NCBI GenBank assembly: GCA_973895155.1
Contig: OZ316895.1
Location: 14,132,225-14,196,224 of the forward strand
Direction: 5' to 3'
DNA length: 64,000 bases
From: Marsupella aquatica
Lineage: Eukaryota; Plantae; Marchantiophyta
How positions within the stretch are numbered: the stretch's first letter is position 1; every line of letters begins with the position of its first letter. A program made the translations under genes and the position numbers. Under the pieces are notes generated by a model that ran no database searches, had not been told where the DNA came from, and worked only from the letters and a program-made list of their open reading frames with translations. Shown in pieces: positions 51,356 through 64,000 of this stretch.

Positions 51356-52539
51356 AGGGGGAGGAGGAAGTGGAGGCAGGGTGAATAAGGAGACAAAAAA
51401 ATAGTGAAAAGGAGGGACAATTGGAGGGGGGGTAAGGTTTACAAGGGAAAATGTCAAATAAAAAAGAACCAAGAAAAGGCCCACTCATTTTGTTATGCTT
51501 TTGTGGGGGTCATATCCAGTCCTTTTCCTCCATGACACTTCTTTTCCTTGATGACTTCCGATCCTCCACAACAGCTCTGGCATAATTGACAAAATTTTCT
51601 ATGCAAAGACATCTTTTGCAATATCTTCTCCACCTCTATATCACATGCACAATTACATTTGTTTGACATGGACATCTTTTATGCATTGGCATCTTAAATT
51701 GTGCAACGCACTGGTGTTGAACATGACCATAATGACTTTATAGTTATGCAAGGGTTGCACATAACATGCCTCAACAACTACCTTGCAATTCACGCCTACA
51801 TTTCCTTGACTTGACATCTTTGCTTAGCCTTGAACATTTTCTTATCTTGACATATTTTTCTCCTCCTCTAGTTGCCTTGCAAGTACAACATTACAAATTA
51901 TTTTATGACCCAATGTATTCATCAAGTAATGGGCTCCAAACTCCCATGGACCATCAAACTGTGGTCCCCCAGCAGTGTCCAACATGGTGTATGTCCTGGC
52001 TTCAGTTTCTGGTAACAGCACTTGAAAAAAAGAATAAAAAGAACAAATCAACCAACCCAGACATTGTTCAAGTTAGAGACAAGTACAGTAGAGAAGGATC
52101 TTAAATACCCTCGCATAGCCTATTATGAGCATACATTTCATACAAACTCAATAAAATACCAAAAAAAAAATTATTTAAAATAACCTAAACTATTATTTTT
52201 ATACAAGGGACATATATGTATAGAAGTAAAATCCCAGATGGACGACTACAGTAGTTTGTGTCTAGCCATCTAAATCTGCAGTAGCTATTTGGCAAAATCT
52301 AAATCTCCAATAGCTATTTGGCTCAACATAAATTTCCAATAGCTATTTGACTATTTGGTAAATGACTTTGACTTCCTCAAACATTTTCAATCAACTACTA
52401 TATAGTATAGCATGTTCGTACTGGAACATGACTCTATTTTTGTCTTTATTTTTGTCTTGTAGTGATATGTAATTTATTTGACTTATTTTATTGATAAAAG
52501 AAGTAGATACATGTAAACTATATGCGAATAAATTGATCT

Positions 52540-54419
52540 GAGATTTACTGTTTTGCCACTTTTTTTTTGCAAAATTACTACCTTGCCATGGTTTTTAGAT
52601 TATTTACTAGAATGCCACCTTTTTTCAGCAGTGGTTAAGCCTATGGTTAACTCATACTCATCCGACGACCAAAATCATGCCACATGTCTGCATCCAATGG
52701 TGGGGATTTCCCTCAAAAAAATCTCTACCCACCTTGTTCTGCCCCAGCTGAAGGGGTTCATTGCCTAGTGTGAGCTCACCCCTGCCCGCCCTCTCCCACT
52801 GTCGAAAACCTCTCCCTGATATTTTTGGTTCATTTCTATCAATCCCGTCGCCTCCTAATCCTTGCTTTTAGGGTAGGAGCAAAACACAAACATTGCAGTC
52901 ACGTTTTCCCCAAAGAAAATGTGATTTGAATATAGGACTTGCAATTTCGCCAAAGGAAACGGGAGTTGACAGTGACAGTAGACCTTCCACTTCTGTGTCA
53001 TGTATCTTTGCATCGGGTAGGTCAAAACGAGCGTGGAGTAGCTTGTTAGAATCATGACTTTCCCCTCCATATTCTCCCCTCCCCTCCACTCCCTCTCCTG
53101 TCTCCATAGCCATTACATTCAAGTCGTGTATTTCCCAAAGAAAATGCAATTTTTCTGTCAAAACATCAATTTTTTTGCAGCACAGTCCACCTGAACTTTG
53201 ATTAGCATATCTTTGGATTGGATAGACAAAAACGAGCATGGAGTAGCTCGTTGGAACCACAATTCTCCCCTCCATAGTCTCCCCTCCACTCCCCTCCCTC
53301 TCCTACCTTCATAGCCACTACATTCAAATCGTGTTTTCTCCAAAGAAACACAACTTTTCTGTCGAAAAATCAGTTTTCTGGCAGCACAGTCCACCTGAAC
53401 TTCGATTAGCATATCTTTGGACTGGATAGACAAAAACAAGCGTGGAGTACCTCGTTTGAACCACAATTCTCCCCTCCATAGTCCCCCCTCCACTACCCTC
53501 CCTGTTCTGCCTCCATAGCCACTAATTCAGATCACAAATTCCCCTGCAAAAATTAGTTTTTTCAGCAGCATAGTTCGTTCAACTTTGATTTGACATATCT
53601 TTGGGTTGGGCAGACAAAAATGAGCGTGGAGTAGCTTGTTGGGATCGTGTCTTCCCCTTCCATAACCTCCTCTCCTCTCCCATCCCTTTACTACCATTTA
53701 TTAGACCATTTTACCCCTAGATTGCTGCCCAAATTGAGCTGTGATTTCTTTCGGTTTTCACCAGAATCTCAGAAGCTGTTGACTTTGCGACTCTGATTTG
53801 TCTTGGAGATTTTGTAAGTAGGCAACATTGCAAGAGAGGGCAAGCTTGGGGAAGAATGGATTGTCTGCAATCAACTTCTTGGAGGAGTTTTGTGGCCTGG
53901 TCTTGGCTTGAGATTCAACCCAAATTTCAAGCTTGTAGCTGGACTTATGAGCAATTGTTTCTGGTTTTCAAATGAATTACTAGAATGCATCCTATGAATT
54001 ACTAGAATGCATCCGTCCTGTATTCAAATCGCATTTTCTTTGGGAAAAACGTGAGTGCAATGTTTGTGTTTTGCTCCTACCCTAAAAGCAAGGATTAGGA
54101 GGCGACGGGATTGATAGGAACGAACCAAAAATATCAGGGAGAGGTTTTCGACAGTGGGAGAGGGCGGGCAGGGGTGAGCTCACACTAGGCAATGAACCCC
54201 TTCAGCTGGGGCAGAACAAGGTGGGTAGAGATTTTTTTGAGGGAAATCCCCGCCATTGGATGCAGATATGTGGCATGATTTCGGTCATCGGATGAGTATG
54301 AGTTAACCATAGGTGGTTAACTTAACCACTGCTGCAAAAAGGTGGCATTCTAGTAAATAATCTAAAAACCATGGCAAGGTAATAATTTTGCACAAAAAGG
54401 TGGCAAAACAGTAAATATC
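52540..54419. mobile_element. non-autonomous long-TIR foldback (Mutator-like) element with internal tandem repeats
   Basis: Near-identical inverted arms of about 400 bp at 52540-52938 and 54014-54419 (gagatttactgttttgccac.. / ..gtggcaaaacagtaaatatc). The interior holds 3-4 tandem units of about 190 bp (aaacgagcgtggagtagct..ttcccctccata). No clean TSD was seen. Confidence 0.8.
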
Positions 54420-55580
54420 ACATAAATTAATATCTGTTAATTGAGAGTAAGTGACATCAAAGATTGAGTGACACCTTTCACATGCCAAAAAAGCACATTA
54501 TAACCAAGAAAGTACAAAGATACTAAAGAGTTGTGCACATACAGTACAGATTTGCACTTGCTTCTGACTAGGTAGAGACAATCAACTCAATTAAAACCAT
54601 AAAGTTTACAAAGGAAACCATGAGAGGGAACTTAATACACAAGATGTGCACATCTTTCAAATTCATTTGTCTCACTCTCATGAGAAAAAAGCTAAAGAGT
54701 GATTGAAAAGGAAAAATTAAACATTTAGGAGGGGAGCCAAATATATTCAAAATACTCTAAATTCACTAAAATTAAAAGGGGTCTAAAAGTTAATTCAAAA
54801 TCAAATTAATACTAATGATCCACCTTGTTAAGGCACATTAAAATTTAAATATTGAACACAAAATATGAATAAGACAAAATCTAAAAAATGGATTCACCAC
54901 ATAGCAGTTTCATAATAATTTGGCTATTCGGCAAATGACTTTGACTTCCGCAAACATTTTCAATCAACTACTACAATATGGTATCCCCCCAAAAACTCTT
55001 GGTCGTCTGCCTACTGACTTAATTAAGAATCAAAGACAGATTAATAAGGTGTTAGCAAATGAAATCATTTTTGTCTCATCTCAGTATCTCACCCTCATCT
55101 CATCATACGGACAAAGAATGTCGACATTCTTTGGTGTACGACAGTTAGGGCATGAGTATCTTGTTTGTAGCATTTGCCGGAACCTTCTTCGAGTCACCCC
55201 TGAAACTGAGTGTAATTGGAGCGAATTACAATTCCGCAGGGTTATAGAGTGAATCACACACATTCATTACAGAATACATATACCATGGACAAGTGTTGGG
55301 ATCTATAACTACAATAACTTGTCAAAGTTTCGGACATGAGTGAGAATTGCTCGCAATGACGCGTATCTTGGCAACGTCTCTAAAAACAAGGAAAAAGTTC
55401 ACAAGGAGAGAACAAAATCCAGGTATCAAATGTATTTCAAAATTTTATTTATTACTGTTGGACTGTGTGCAGTGGGGTGCCCAATAAAGGTCTATTCTGT
55501 TTGGGAGGGGGCTCTGTACACTAGGCTACTACTATAGCTACTGTAGGAATGAGCGGTACTCCTGATCGTATCATAGATAA

Positions 55581-56364
55581 CTAGCTCAATACTCGTGCGT
55601 TGCACAAAAGATGTCGTGTCGGCCAAGATGTCCTTAAGACAAAAGATGTCGTGTCGGCCCAAGATGTCGTTAAGAAAATAGAGGTCGTGTCCAGGGTCGT
55701 GTTGCCAATGATGTTGTTATGTAAAAGATGTCATTAAAAAAAGAAGTTGTGTCGCCAAAGAAGTCTTTATGTAAACGATGTCATCAAGTAAGAAGATGTC
55801 ATTAAAACAAAGAAGTTGTGTCACCAAAGAAATTGTTATGTGACAGATATCGTTAAGAGGATGTCAAGTAAAAATATGTCGTTAAAAAGAGTCGGGCAGA
55901 GGAGAATGGAAGAGGGGGAGAGTGGGGCGAGGCAGGGCCATCCGGGGTAATCGGGTTGGGGAAGGAGGGTGGTGGGAGGTTGACCGCAAGAATGCGGCAG
56001 TCTACGGTCGGCGTGCGGAGCAAGGCGGTAGGGTGGTCGCCCCACTCATAGTAAAGGCTGGCCGCACAACATTTTACTTGCCTCCGCTCGGTGCTGTCGC
56101 CGCAATCAGATGGAAGTTGACCTCTGTCAGGAGCTGGTGTGAGGGCCATTTTTGGTCTCTATTGCTTTGGTTTTTTTCCATACTGAATTTCCTACACCCA
56201 AATTGGCCCTGTAAATTCAAATGACAACCATGGCAAAAAAAAGGCACAACACCTTATTATAGTTTTTGATGTTGTCAAATGTGGTTGTCCCTTTATATAT
56301 GTGTCCCAAAACCCTGTCACCCCAGCCAAGAGTGGTTTGGCCCCCAACTCCTTGTTATCTCATC

Positions 56365-56411
<47 letters not shown>

Positions 56412-57483
56412 AATTTTGCCAAGTATATTTGTTTTTATAAAATGATTTCATTCATATGAGTACCAAGGTGAATGGGTGTATACACTTTCCTTGCATTGCA
56501 TGCACATCAGGTGTACATTGAGGCAGGGTCAATACAAATAAGACAATGGCCTGGGAGGGATTAGATAAACGAGTGTATTTTTGAATACTATGATGGGATC
56601 AAAAGGAAGTACTTTACCTGCTAAAGTGATGAGGAATATCAAGAGTATTCTGCTCCCTTCATGTTTTGCTGTGGATTTACTTTATTTGTTCTCTTAGCTT
56701 TGCTTTGCATATTTGATTTCTTTCACTTTGCTTGGAAATGTAAATTTTGAATGACAGACCACTTCAAAAAGTGGCGCAAGTGTGTAATTTAGGAGTTAAT
56801 TTGTAATTGACATAGATTATCATGGGGGTACTTGATGTGAATGTCTAGGTATGGAAAGTACTATGTCTATGCATGGATGGTTTCCTATGCATTGATAGTA
56901 TTATACTTATATGTCCAGAAAGTACTTGATTATTGTGCATTGGTATTCCTAGCATTCCCCCTATTTCTTGATTGGAAAACGTGCACTCTTTATTTCACAC
57001 TAAACATTATTCAATTTTGGTTTATTCCTTCTGTTTGTCATATTCTTTGATTTTTGTGCCCTTTAAATTCAAATGACTACCACTGCATAAAAAGGCGCAA
57101 CCTTGTATTATAGTTCTTGATAATAATTTACTATTCAAATGGAAATTAAAAGTGATAAAGCAAGTTGTACACCTACAGGTTACTAGGGGTATCTCTTGAC
57201 ATTCAGCGAGACAATTCACTGTAATGACAGTCATACCAGCCGCTGTCCACTTGTGCCATTACGCCCACTTGTGCCATTACACTACCCGCACAAATATTAA
57301 AATATTAACCATTTTTGGACAAGTCACAAAAGACTGTCTGAAGTTCACTTTTGGGTGGGGTTAGTGTAAATGACTTTGTAATTACTCGTGAGGTTTGAAT
57401 GCCTAACCTGCCTAACCTGCGCAATAAAAATTTGACATATTCAGACTAGTCACAATCCCACTTTTAAGTGGGGTTAGTATGGA
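55581..57483 (-). mobile_element. probable non-autonomous Helitron
   Basis: The minus-strand 3' end reads gtgcaacgcacgagtattgagCTAG|T: a short GC hairpin about 10 nt before CTAG-T, the canonical Helitron terminus. Subterminal tandem repeats (aaaagatgtcgt) lie at 55605-55885. A candidate 5' end, TCCATACTAA, is at 57483, but the preceding base is T rather than the canonical A. Confidence 0.55.
56368..56409. repeat. (AT)n microsatellite
   Basis: About 21 AT units. Confidence 0.95.
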
Positions 57484-57669
57484 AGGCATTGTGAGACCAA
57501 CAGAGTTTGAGCACCTGACCTGTGCCTCCTCCCACGAGGGTGCCATGGCTCCACCCAGAGCCTGCTGCACATAGTGTATCCAGTTATGGTATTTAAATAC
57601 AACCACTGTGGGTGGATCGGGCAGCAGTCGTGGACAAATAGGGCAAACCATTGCCCTTAATCTCTTGAC

Positions 57670-59200
57670 TTTTTTTCTTTTTTATTTCGGGGAAACCATC
57701 ACTTTACTCAAAGAAAAGCAGGGCGAACACCCAAACAGCCAAACACCCATGTCTGAGGGCAGGAGACAGGAGAGAACCAAGTAAAAATAAGGGGAGCTGA
57801 AAGAAGGAGCATCCCCACAGAAAGACGAAAGAGGCCCACACAATCCACTGCCTAGTGGAAGGAGGCAGAGAGGAAGGGAAAGGAGGGCCCCTAGATGAGA
57901 AGCTGACATAAAACCTAACTGTCCGAGCGAGAGAGTAACCCAGAGGCCTCATCATCACCGGAATTCTAACCAGATACCAGTCAAGGAAACGCCCAGGCCC
58001 AACCCCACTGGATGCCAATTCCGCCCAGAATCACCATCATAATACCATCAACTTGGATAGCCAAAGTCACCGTCGTAGACCAAGCCGCCATCCAAAAGCT
58101 ATCGATACCACCGGAAGGGCACATCCCTGGGATTGAATCCACCTCCATTTGAGACTGATCTAATTCGGCTCAATTCAGTTGACTGGGTTGACTGTTCACC
58201 TCAACATCCCATGGAATTCATCCCGAAGATAAGGCAATCATCCCCGCCACACAATGGTATATCTCCAAACGGCCAACCCCACATACGGGGAACATGCTTG
58301 TCCATGGACAAACTGCCGGTCAAAACCAGGTCATAGGAATAGTGTGAAGAAGAGTAGGAGATCCAGAACCGCGTATCAATATTATATGCATCAGAGAGAA
58401 TAGCAGATGCACGAATATCTATCTCAGAGCGGGATGGCAATAATCTGTGCACTGAGGTGCCTATGTCTCCCCCACCCAGACTCGATGGAGGTCAGAGAGA
58501 GTGGAAAGGAAAGGGCAGCTCAAGCCAGGATATCATATTCTGTCACATGGGTAAAACCTCCACACAAAACTCCACCTGAGAAGACCAGGAACAGGCGAAA
58601 AGGCAATCCAGTAGGGAGGGAACAGGTATTACCAGAACAGGACCCAATGAGAGAACCGGCCATGATAGTAACCAATAGATCACCAGATCAGAGAGTGTCG
58701 AGAACCACAGACCGATCAAGAGTAACCAAGAACAACTCTCGACGGGAGATCTGTAGAATGGGCAAAAGAGAAGCCCCTCAGTAAGGGGAACGCAGCCTGG
58801 AAAGTTGAACTTCTCATCATAATAGCTAAATATTCTACACTAGTAGTCCACTAAGAAGGAGGAACAACACTACTAGCGAGCAAAGCCACTAAGGAAAAAT
58901 ATCTAACAATACCAGCAGCAGACCCGAATGAGAGATGCTTGACCGAATGGAACCGCCACGGCCAACCAAACCAGAATGCACAAGAGGAAGAACGCAAGAG
59001 AGGCCTCCATACTTCCTCCAACTCCATGATCATGGCCGTGGTGAGGAGCCCATTGCTGAGGTGAAGACTGGAGGATCACGTCATCTGAGATCAGCAAGAA
59101 CATAAAGTAGAGTCCAAGAAGAGAGGAGCCCAATTCTCCTTCGTCACATCATCACCACTATGACCACCCTCCAATGTTGAACCCTAGCCCAATTCCCAGA
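57670..59200 (-). mobile_element. degenerate LINE (non-LTR retrotransposon) remnant
   Basis: A-rich tail on the minus strand near 57670-57686. Fragmentary RT-like peptide FLLISDDVIL (compare LFADD) near 59075-59105. Trp-rich broken frames in between. Confidence 0.35.
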
Positions 59201-60221
59201 GGGAGAACAAAAGGAAAAGGAGACAAACAAATGAGCCGACACAAGAAATACGGCTAGATGGGTATAATAGCCAGAGACTGGGAAGAGACGTTATGATATA
59301 ACAGGAAACTCGGAATAGAAAAAAGACGTTGGTTAATGAGAGTCTGTACGTTGGAAACGACAAGAGTGTAGCTTATCAACGGGAAACACGGTAAGCCAAT
59401 GGGCTAGAGATAAAATTTTCTGCATAATGCAGGCATTTTTTTTCTTTTTTGTGAGTCGGAGCAAAGCGCCACAGAATGCATATGCTGGACCACAGAAGAA
59501 GCTGCTGCAAAGGGGGAAAACATAACTGAACGATTTTGAAAAAACGTGTGTTCCTATTATATATTCCAAAGGACCCACAAAGTCTCATAGATGACAAACA
59601 ATCTAGCAGAAAAATGGGGTGATCGGCCCAAAGCCAGATCCAGAGTGCTCAAGAAAGAGTGATCTCTTGACTATATCTTAGTGCACAAAAAGCATACATA
59701 TGATGCATGGGTGGGAGATGTGTCATGTAGAAAAGAGCTGGCATTGGATTATTTACGTTCTATTTTAATTTTTGCTCAGAATTTTTCCTATCATTTTCTA
59801 ACACGTTCAACAGATGGGGTGGGTGTTGTGTTTTTCTTTTTCTTTTGGGTTTTGGATCATACACTTGGGGCCACCCTCCTCTCCTGTTACCTTTCCTGAT
59901 TTTTTTTCATTTTCTATTTGTGGGTGCATGCAAATAATATGGGAAGGTGATCTAACCTTGTCCTAACTTCATTTTGGTCCATCAGTTAAACTTTAGTCAT
60001 CTGATCCCATCTTATTTTCTTTGCATTGTCCAACATATTCATTATTTGCATGAAGTCTTAGTCATTTTTGCTTTTCATTTTCTTTGCAATCTATTTGCAT
60101 TGCTTTTCCCACAATCTTTTATGTCAACCCAAACATTGATAGTAGTTTGCATACAATTTAGGTGACTGTTTTCTTTTGTTAGGAAAGGGAGTGGGAGGGG
60201 TGGGAGTGGGAGCCAGGGTGG

Positions 60222-60553
60222 TGTTGAACTAAGACGTCATTCGCAACGACCATACAACCATGACTCATTCCATGCACACGTAGTCGACACAATCTCTACG
60301 TGGTTCACCTCTTCTCCCTGGCTACATCCACACGAACACTCAAGCTTTACTTCAAGAGTAGACGAACACACATGCTCTCCCTCTTTCTCAAGTTGCTCCG
60401 TTACAATGAGTAAGCACCACCCGTCAGCGGCTTACACTAGCCCTGGTATATATAAGGTCACACACGACTAACCTAACCTCAGCTAAGATCCTAACTGTGG
60501 TTAGCCTAAGTACCGTAACCTATGAGTCACAAGACTAAGAGCAATCCTTAACA
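60222..60553 (-). repeat. 3' LTR of the copia element (332 bp) with adjacent PPT
   Basis: On the minus strand it begins TGTTAAGG (60553), directly after the polypurine tract agtcaagggggagtt, and ends GTTCAACA (60222). A TATA-like ccttatatatac lies near 60450. The outer flank is ggtgg (60217-60221, + strand), the expected TSD. Confidence 0.85.
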
Positions 60554-60757
60554 AACTCCCCCTTGACTCTAGTCTTGGGGACTGCAATTTCTGCTATCCA
60601 TATGAGATACTCAGCGGGAAATTCTAGACAATCACCTAAAACCATAGGTGTCCCCCTAAAAACTATTTAAGGTTAACTAGGGATTAACTAGAATTAAGCC
60701 GTAGCCATAACAGGATTGAGTAACCCATATACAGAAATTACATATTGTTAAGTTACT

Positions 60758-63700
60758 CTACTTGTGTTGCAAATGCAAAACTTGCAAAGTAGCACGGTGT
60801 CTTGAGTAACTCTCCAAAGGAATCACTTTGGTAAAAGCATCAGCCGGGTTGAGCTTTCCATCAATCTTGACTAGCTCAAACATTTTATCAGACATTGCTT
60901 GCCTAATAAAATGGTACCTGATGTCAATGTGTTTCACCCTGCTATCCATAACCTGGTTAATAGCTAGGTGAAACGCACTTTGGCTGTCACAATGAAGAGT
61001 CATTTTTCCATGCTCCAATCCCATCTCAGTGACCAGCTTATCCAACCAAATTGCTTCCTTTGCTGCTTCTGCTGCTGCAACATATTCTGCTTCTGTAGTA
61101 GACTGAGATACACACTTTTGCAAGGTAGATCTCCAACTTATGCATCCTCTTCCAAGAGTAAACACATACCCAGTCGTTGACCTCCTTGTTTCCAGACAGC
61201 CTCCGTAGTCAGAATCTACATAGCCAACCAAAGATTTGGTTTTGTTTGATCTACTATCAAAGAACAGACCATAGTCTATTGTGCCTTTAAGATACCTGAG
61301 AATCCATTTCACAGCCTCACAATGTATCTTCCCTGGATTTGACATGAATCTACTCACTTTGCCCATTGCTAGGGCTAGATCAGGCCTGGTACATGTCATC
61401 AAATACATTAGACTACCCACTGCCTTCTCATAAGGAATCTTAGTCATCAAGCCTCTCTCCATTGGATCCGTGGGGCAGAAAGCCGATGATAACTTGAAAT
61501 GTGGAGCCAAAGGAATACTTACTGGCTTACAATTTTCCATGTTGAATCTTGCAAGTACCTTTTCAGCATACTTGCCTTGATTCAGCCACAATTGTCCAGT
61601 TTTAAAGTTCCTCGTAATCTCCATACCTAAGATCCTCTTGGCTTTCCGAAGATCCTTCATTCGGAATTCAGAACTCAATTTTTCTTTGAGTTTGTCAACC
61701 TCAATTTGATCCTTAGCCACAATCAACATGTCATCCACATAGAGCACCAGAATGAGCAAACCAAACACACCAATCTTGACTGATTTCGTATAAACACAAA
61801 GGTCATACACCATCCTAGTGAATCCTTGTGCAAACATGAAATCATCAAACCGCTTGTTCCACTGTCAAGGAGCTTGCTTCAATCCATACAAGGACTTAAG
61901 CAACCTGCAAACTAAACTCTCTTGGCCCTTCTTCACAAAGCCCAGTGGTTGCCTCATGAAAATTTGTTCTTCCAAGGTGCCATAGAGAAAAGCAGTAACA
62001 ACATCCATTTGATCTAACACCAGATCAAAAAACACAACAAGTTGACACAAAATTCGTATCGTGGAATACTTGGCAACTGGAGAGAAGACCTCATTGTAAT
62101 CCACTCCCTTCTCTTGAGTGAATCCCTTGGCAACAAGCCTTGCCTTGTATATCTTGTCTCCTCCATCTGTAGAGTTGTCCTTCAGCTTGTAAATCCACTT
62201 GCTATCCACCACTTGTTGATCACTTGGCAGCTGCACCAGCTCCCATGTTCTATTGTCACTTAAAGATTGTAACTCCCTCTGCATCGCTGCATTCCATTCA
62301 TCTTTCTCGTCTGAAATGCACGCCTCATGATAAGAAGAAGGTTCTCCTTCTTCCAAGATCAGTGCTCTGTCATCATCTTCAGGTGCAATGTCAATAGCAT
62401 CTAACCTTGATGAATCTGTCCATTCTCCATACCTTGTAGGAGCTCGAGTAGTACGTCTTGATTTTTTAGCTGATGATTCTGGTTGATCTTGTTCTGTTGG
62501 TTGAATTTGAGGTATTCCAACAACAACTTGCTCCTCTTGTTCCAATACCGGAACCAACTCCATTCTCAAAGCACCTCCTTCATTTATGTCATGAAAAATC
62601 TCATGACCAATCTCCCCCACAACATGGTCTAGGATAGGAGATTTACCTTTGTCAGTACGGGAAGCCTGAGCATTCTCCCCCTCCTTTGATGATCTGGATT
62701 CATTAAAGGATACATCTCTACTGACAAGCAACGTACAAGCTTCTGGATCCCATAGCCTGTAACCTTTCACACCTGGTTGATAACCAAGAAAAAGACACTT
62801 CTTGGAAGTAGAATCTAGTTTAGATCGATTCTGCTTAGGTGTGAGAGCACATGCATCACTTCCAAAGACTCTAAAAACCTGATAGTCTGCGTGCCGTCCA
62901 TACCTCATTTCAAACGGCATTTTGAAATTGAGTGCACTTGAAGGAGAAAGATTTACCAAATAAGCTGTCGTATTTATAGCTTCAGCCCAAAATTCATGCG
63001 GTAAACCTGATTGGCTCAACATACTCCTCGATCGCTCCAATAGTGTTCGGTTTAGCCGCTCACAAACACCATTCTGTTGAGGAGTATAAATTGTCGTGAG
63101 ATGACGAGTAATCCCTTGCTTTGCACAATATAGTTCAAATTCACTTGAACTATACTCCCCGCCGTTATCTGATCGCAGATATCTCACCTTGGATCCAGTC
63201 TGATTCTCAATTTGGGCTTTCCACTTCTTAAAAGTGCCAAAAACTTCAGACTTGGCTTGTAGAAATGTGATCCACACATACCGTGAGTAATCATCAATGA
63301 ACGTGACATAGTACAATTTTCCAGAAAGTGAGGGAGTTGGGGCTGGACCCCACACATCACTATGTACATACTCAAGTATAGCTTTGGTATTGTGAGTTCC
63401 AACACCAAAGGTTCTCCTGTGCTGCTTCCCAAGTACACAGTGTTCACAAAAATCTAGCTTAGTAGATTCCAAATTAGAAAGAAGTCCTTTCCTGCAAAGT
63501 ACCGCCAAACCCTTTTCACTCATGTGTCCCAATCTGCAGTGCCATAACTGAGTCATCTCGCCTTGAGATCTAGTTACATTGGCTTCTTCACAAATCACGT
63601 TGCCCTCCAATAAATATAGATTCCTGTGCCGCTTACCCTTCATGACAACCTTGCCTCCGGTTGACACTTGAAGAATACCATCAGTAGAACTCCACCGACA

Positions 63701-64000
63701 TCCATTTGCTTCCAGCATTCCAAGAGAAATCAAGTTCTTTTTCATGTCAGGTATGTGTCTGACATTACTCACTGTTCGCACAGCTCCATCAAACATCTGA
63801 ATTTTCACGGATCCAATTCCAACAATTTGACAAGGATGATCATTCCCCATCAACACGGAACCGGTTGATACTGAGTAAGAAGTAAAAAACTCTTTCATAC
63901 AACAAATATGATAGGTACAGACACAATCTAAAATCCATTCATCACCGTTGTTACTGGATGAAATGCAAAGGGCAACATCTGGACTTCAGAAGATTTCATC
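60758..64000 (-). pseudogene. copia pol polyprotein interrupted by in-frame stops
   Basis: Motifs WHCRLGH, CEHC, HSDVWGP, LRSDNGGEY, YKARLVAKG, QMDVVTAFL, LYVDDML, GYVDSDYGG and KHIDIRYHFIR. The two ORFs are in the same frame, separated only by TGA at 61867-61865 (LKQAP*QW, canonical LKQAPRQW). A second TGA lies at 63988-63986. The protease motif reads WILDCV instead of WILDSG. Confidence 0.9.

Larger units (their letters stand above)
60222..64000 (-). mobile_element. Ty1/copia LTR retrotransposon (3' part; 5' part outside window)
   Basis: Domain order protease–GAG-pre-integrase–integrase–RT–RNaseH, followed by a polypurine tract and the 3' LTR. Confidence 0.97.

Noticed and set aside
52868-53493. 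Repetitive 111-135-aa ORFs inside the foldback element
   Set aside because: These are translations of the ~190-bp tandem units and show no transposase motifs.
61865-61867. Programmed stop-codon readthrough (TGA-C context) in copia RT
   Set aside because: The stop replaces a conserved Arg via a simple CGA>TGA change. A second stop and a broken protease motif show general decay.

Overview
This is eukaryotic, intron-rich land-plant DNA. It is most likely a bryophyte such as a liverwort or moss, inferred from the CYP746-family P450 and the gene structures. The left 27 kb holds a compact CCD–P450–CCD arrangement. CCD-A, a CCD1-like carotenoid cleavage dioxygenase, is on the minus strand and runs off the left edge. 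A complete 10-exon CYP746-family P450 (about 507 aa) follows on the minus strand. CCD-B, a complete 15-exon CCD1-like paralog (about 642 aa) with a plastid-transit-like N-terminus, is on the plus strand, head-to-head with the P450. This is the best candidate for an undescribed system: a possible apocarotenoid biosynthetic gene cluster. Downstream are a repeat-rich spacer (27–32 kb), a 3-exon PI-PLC X-domain gene (+) and a convergent multi-exon LRR receptor-like kinase (−). A transposon-rich tail (46–64 kb) contains a long-TIR foldback element, a probable Helitron, a LINE remnant and a nonsense-disrupted Ty1/copia element with its 3' LTR. All exon boundaries were read by eye from GT–AG sites and motif continuity. 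No database searches were run.
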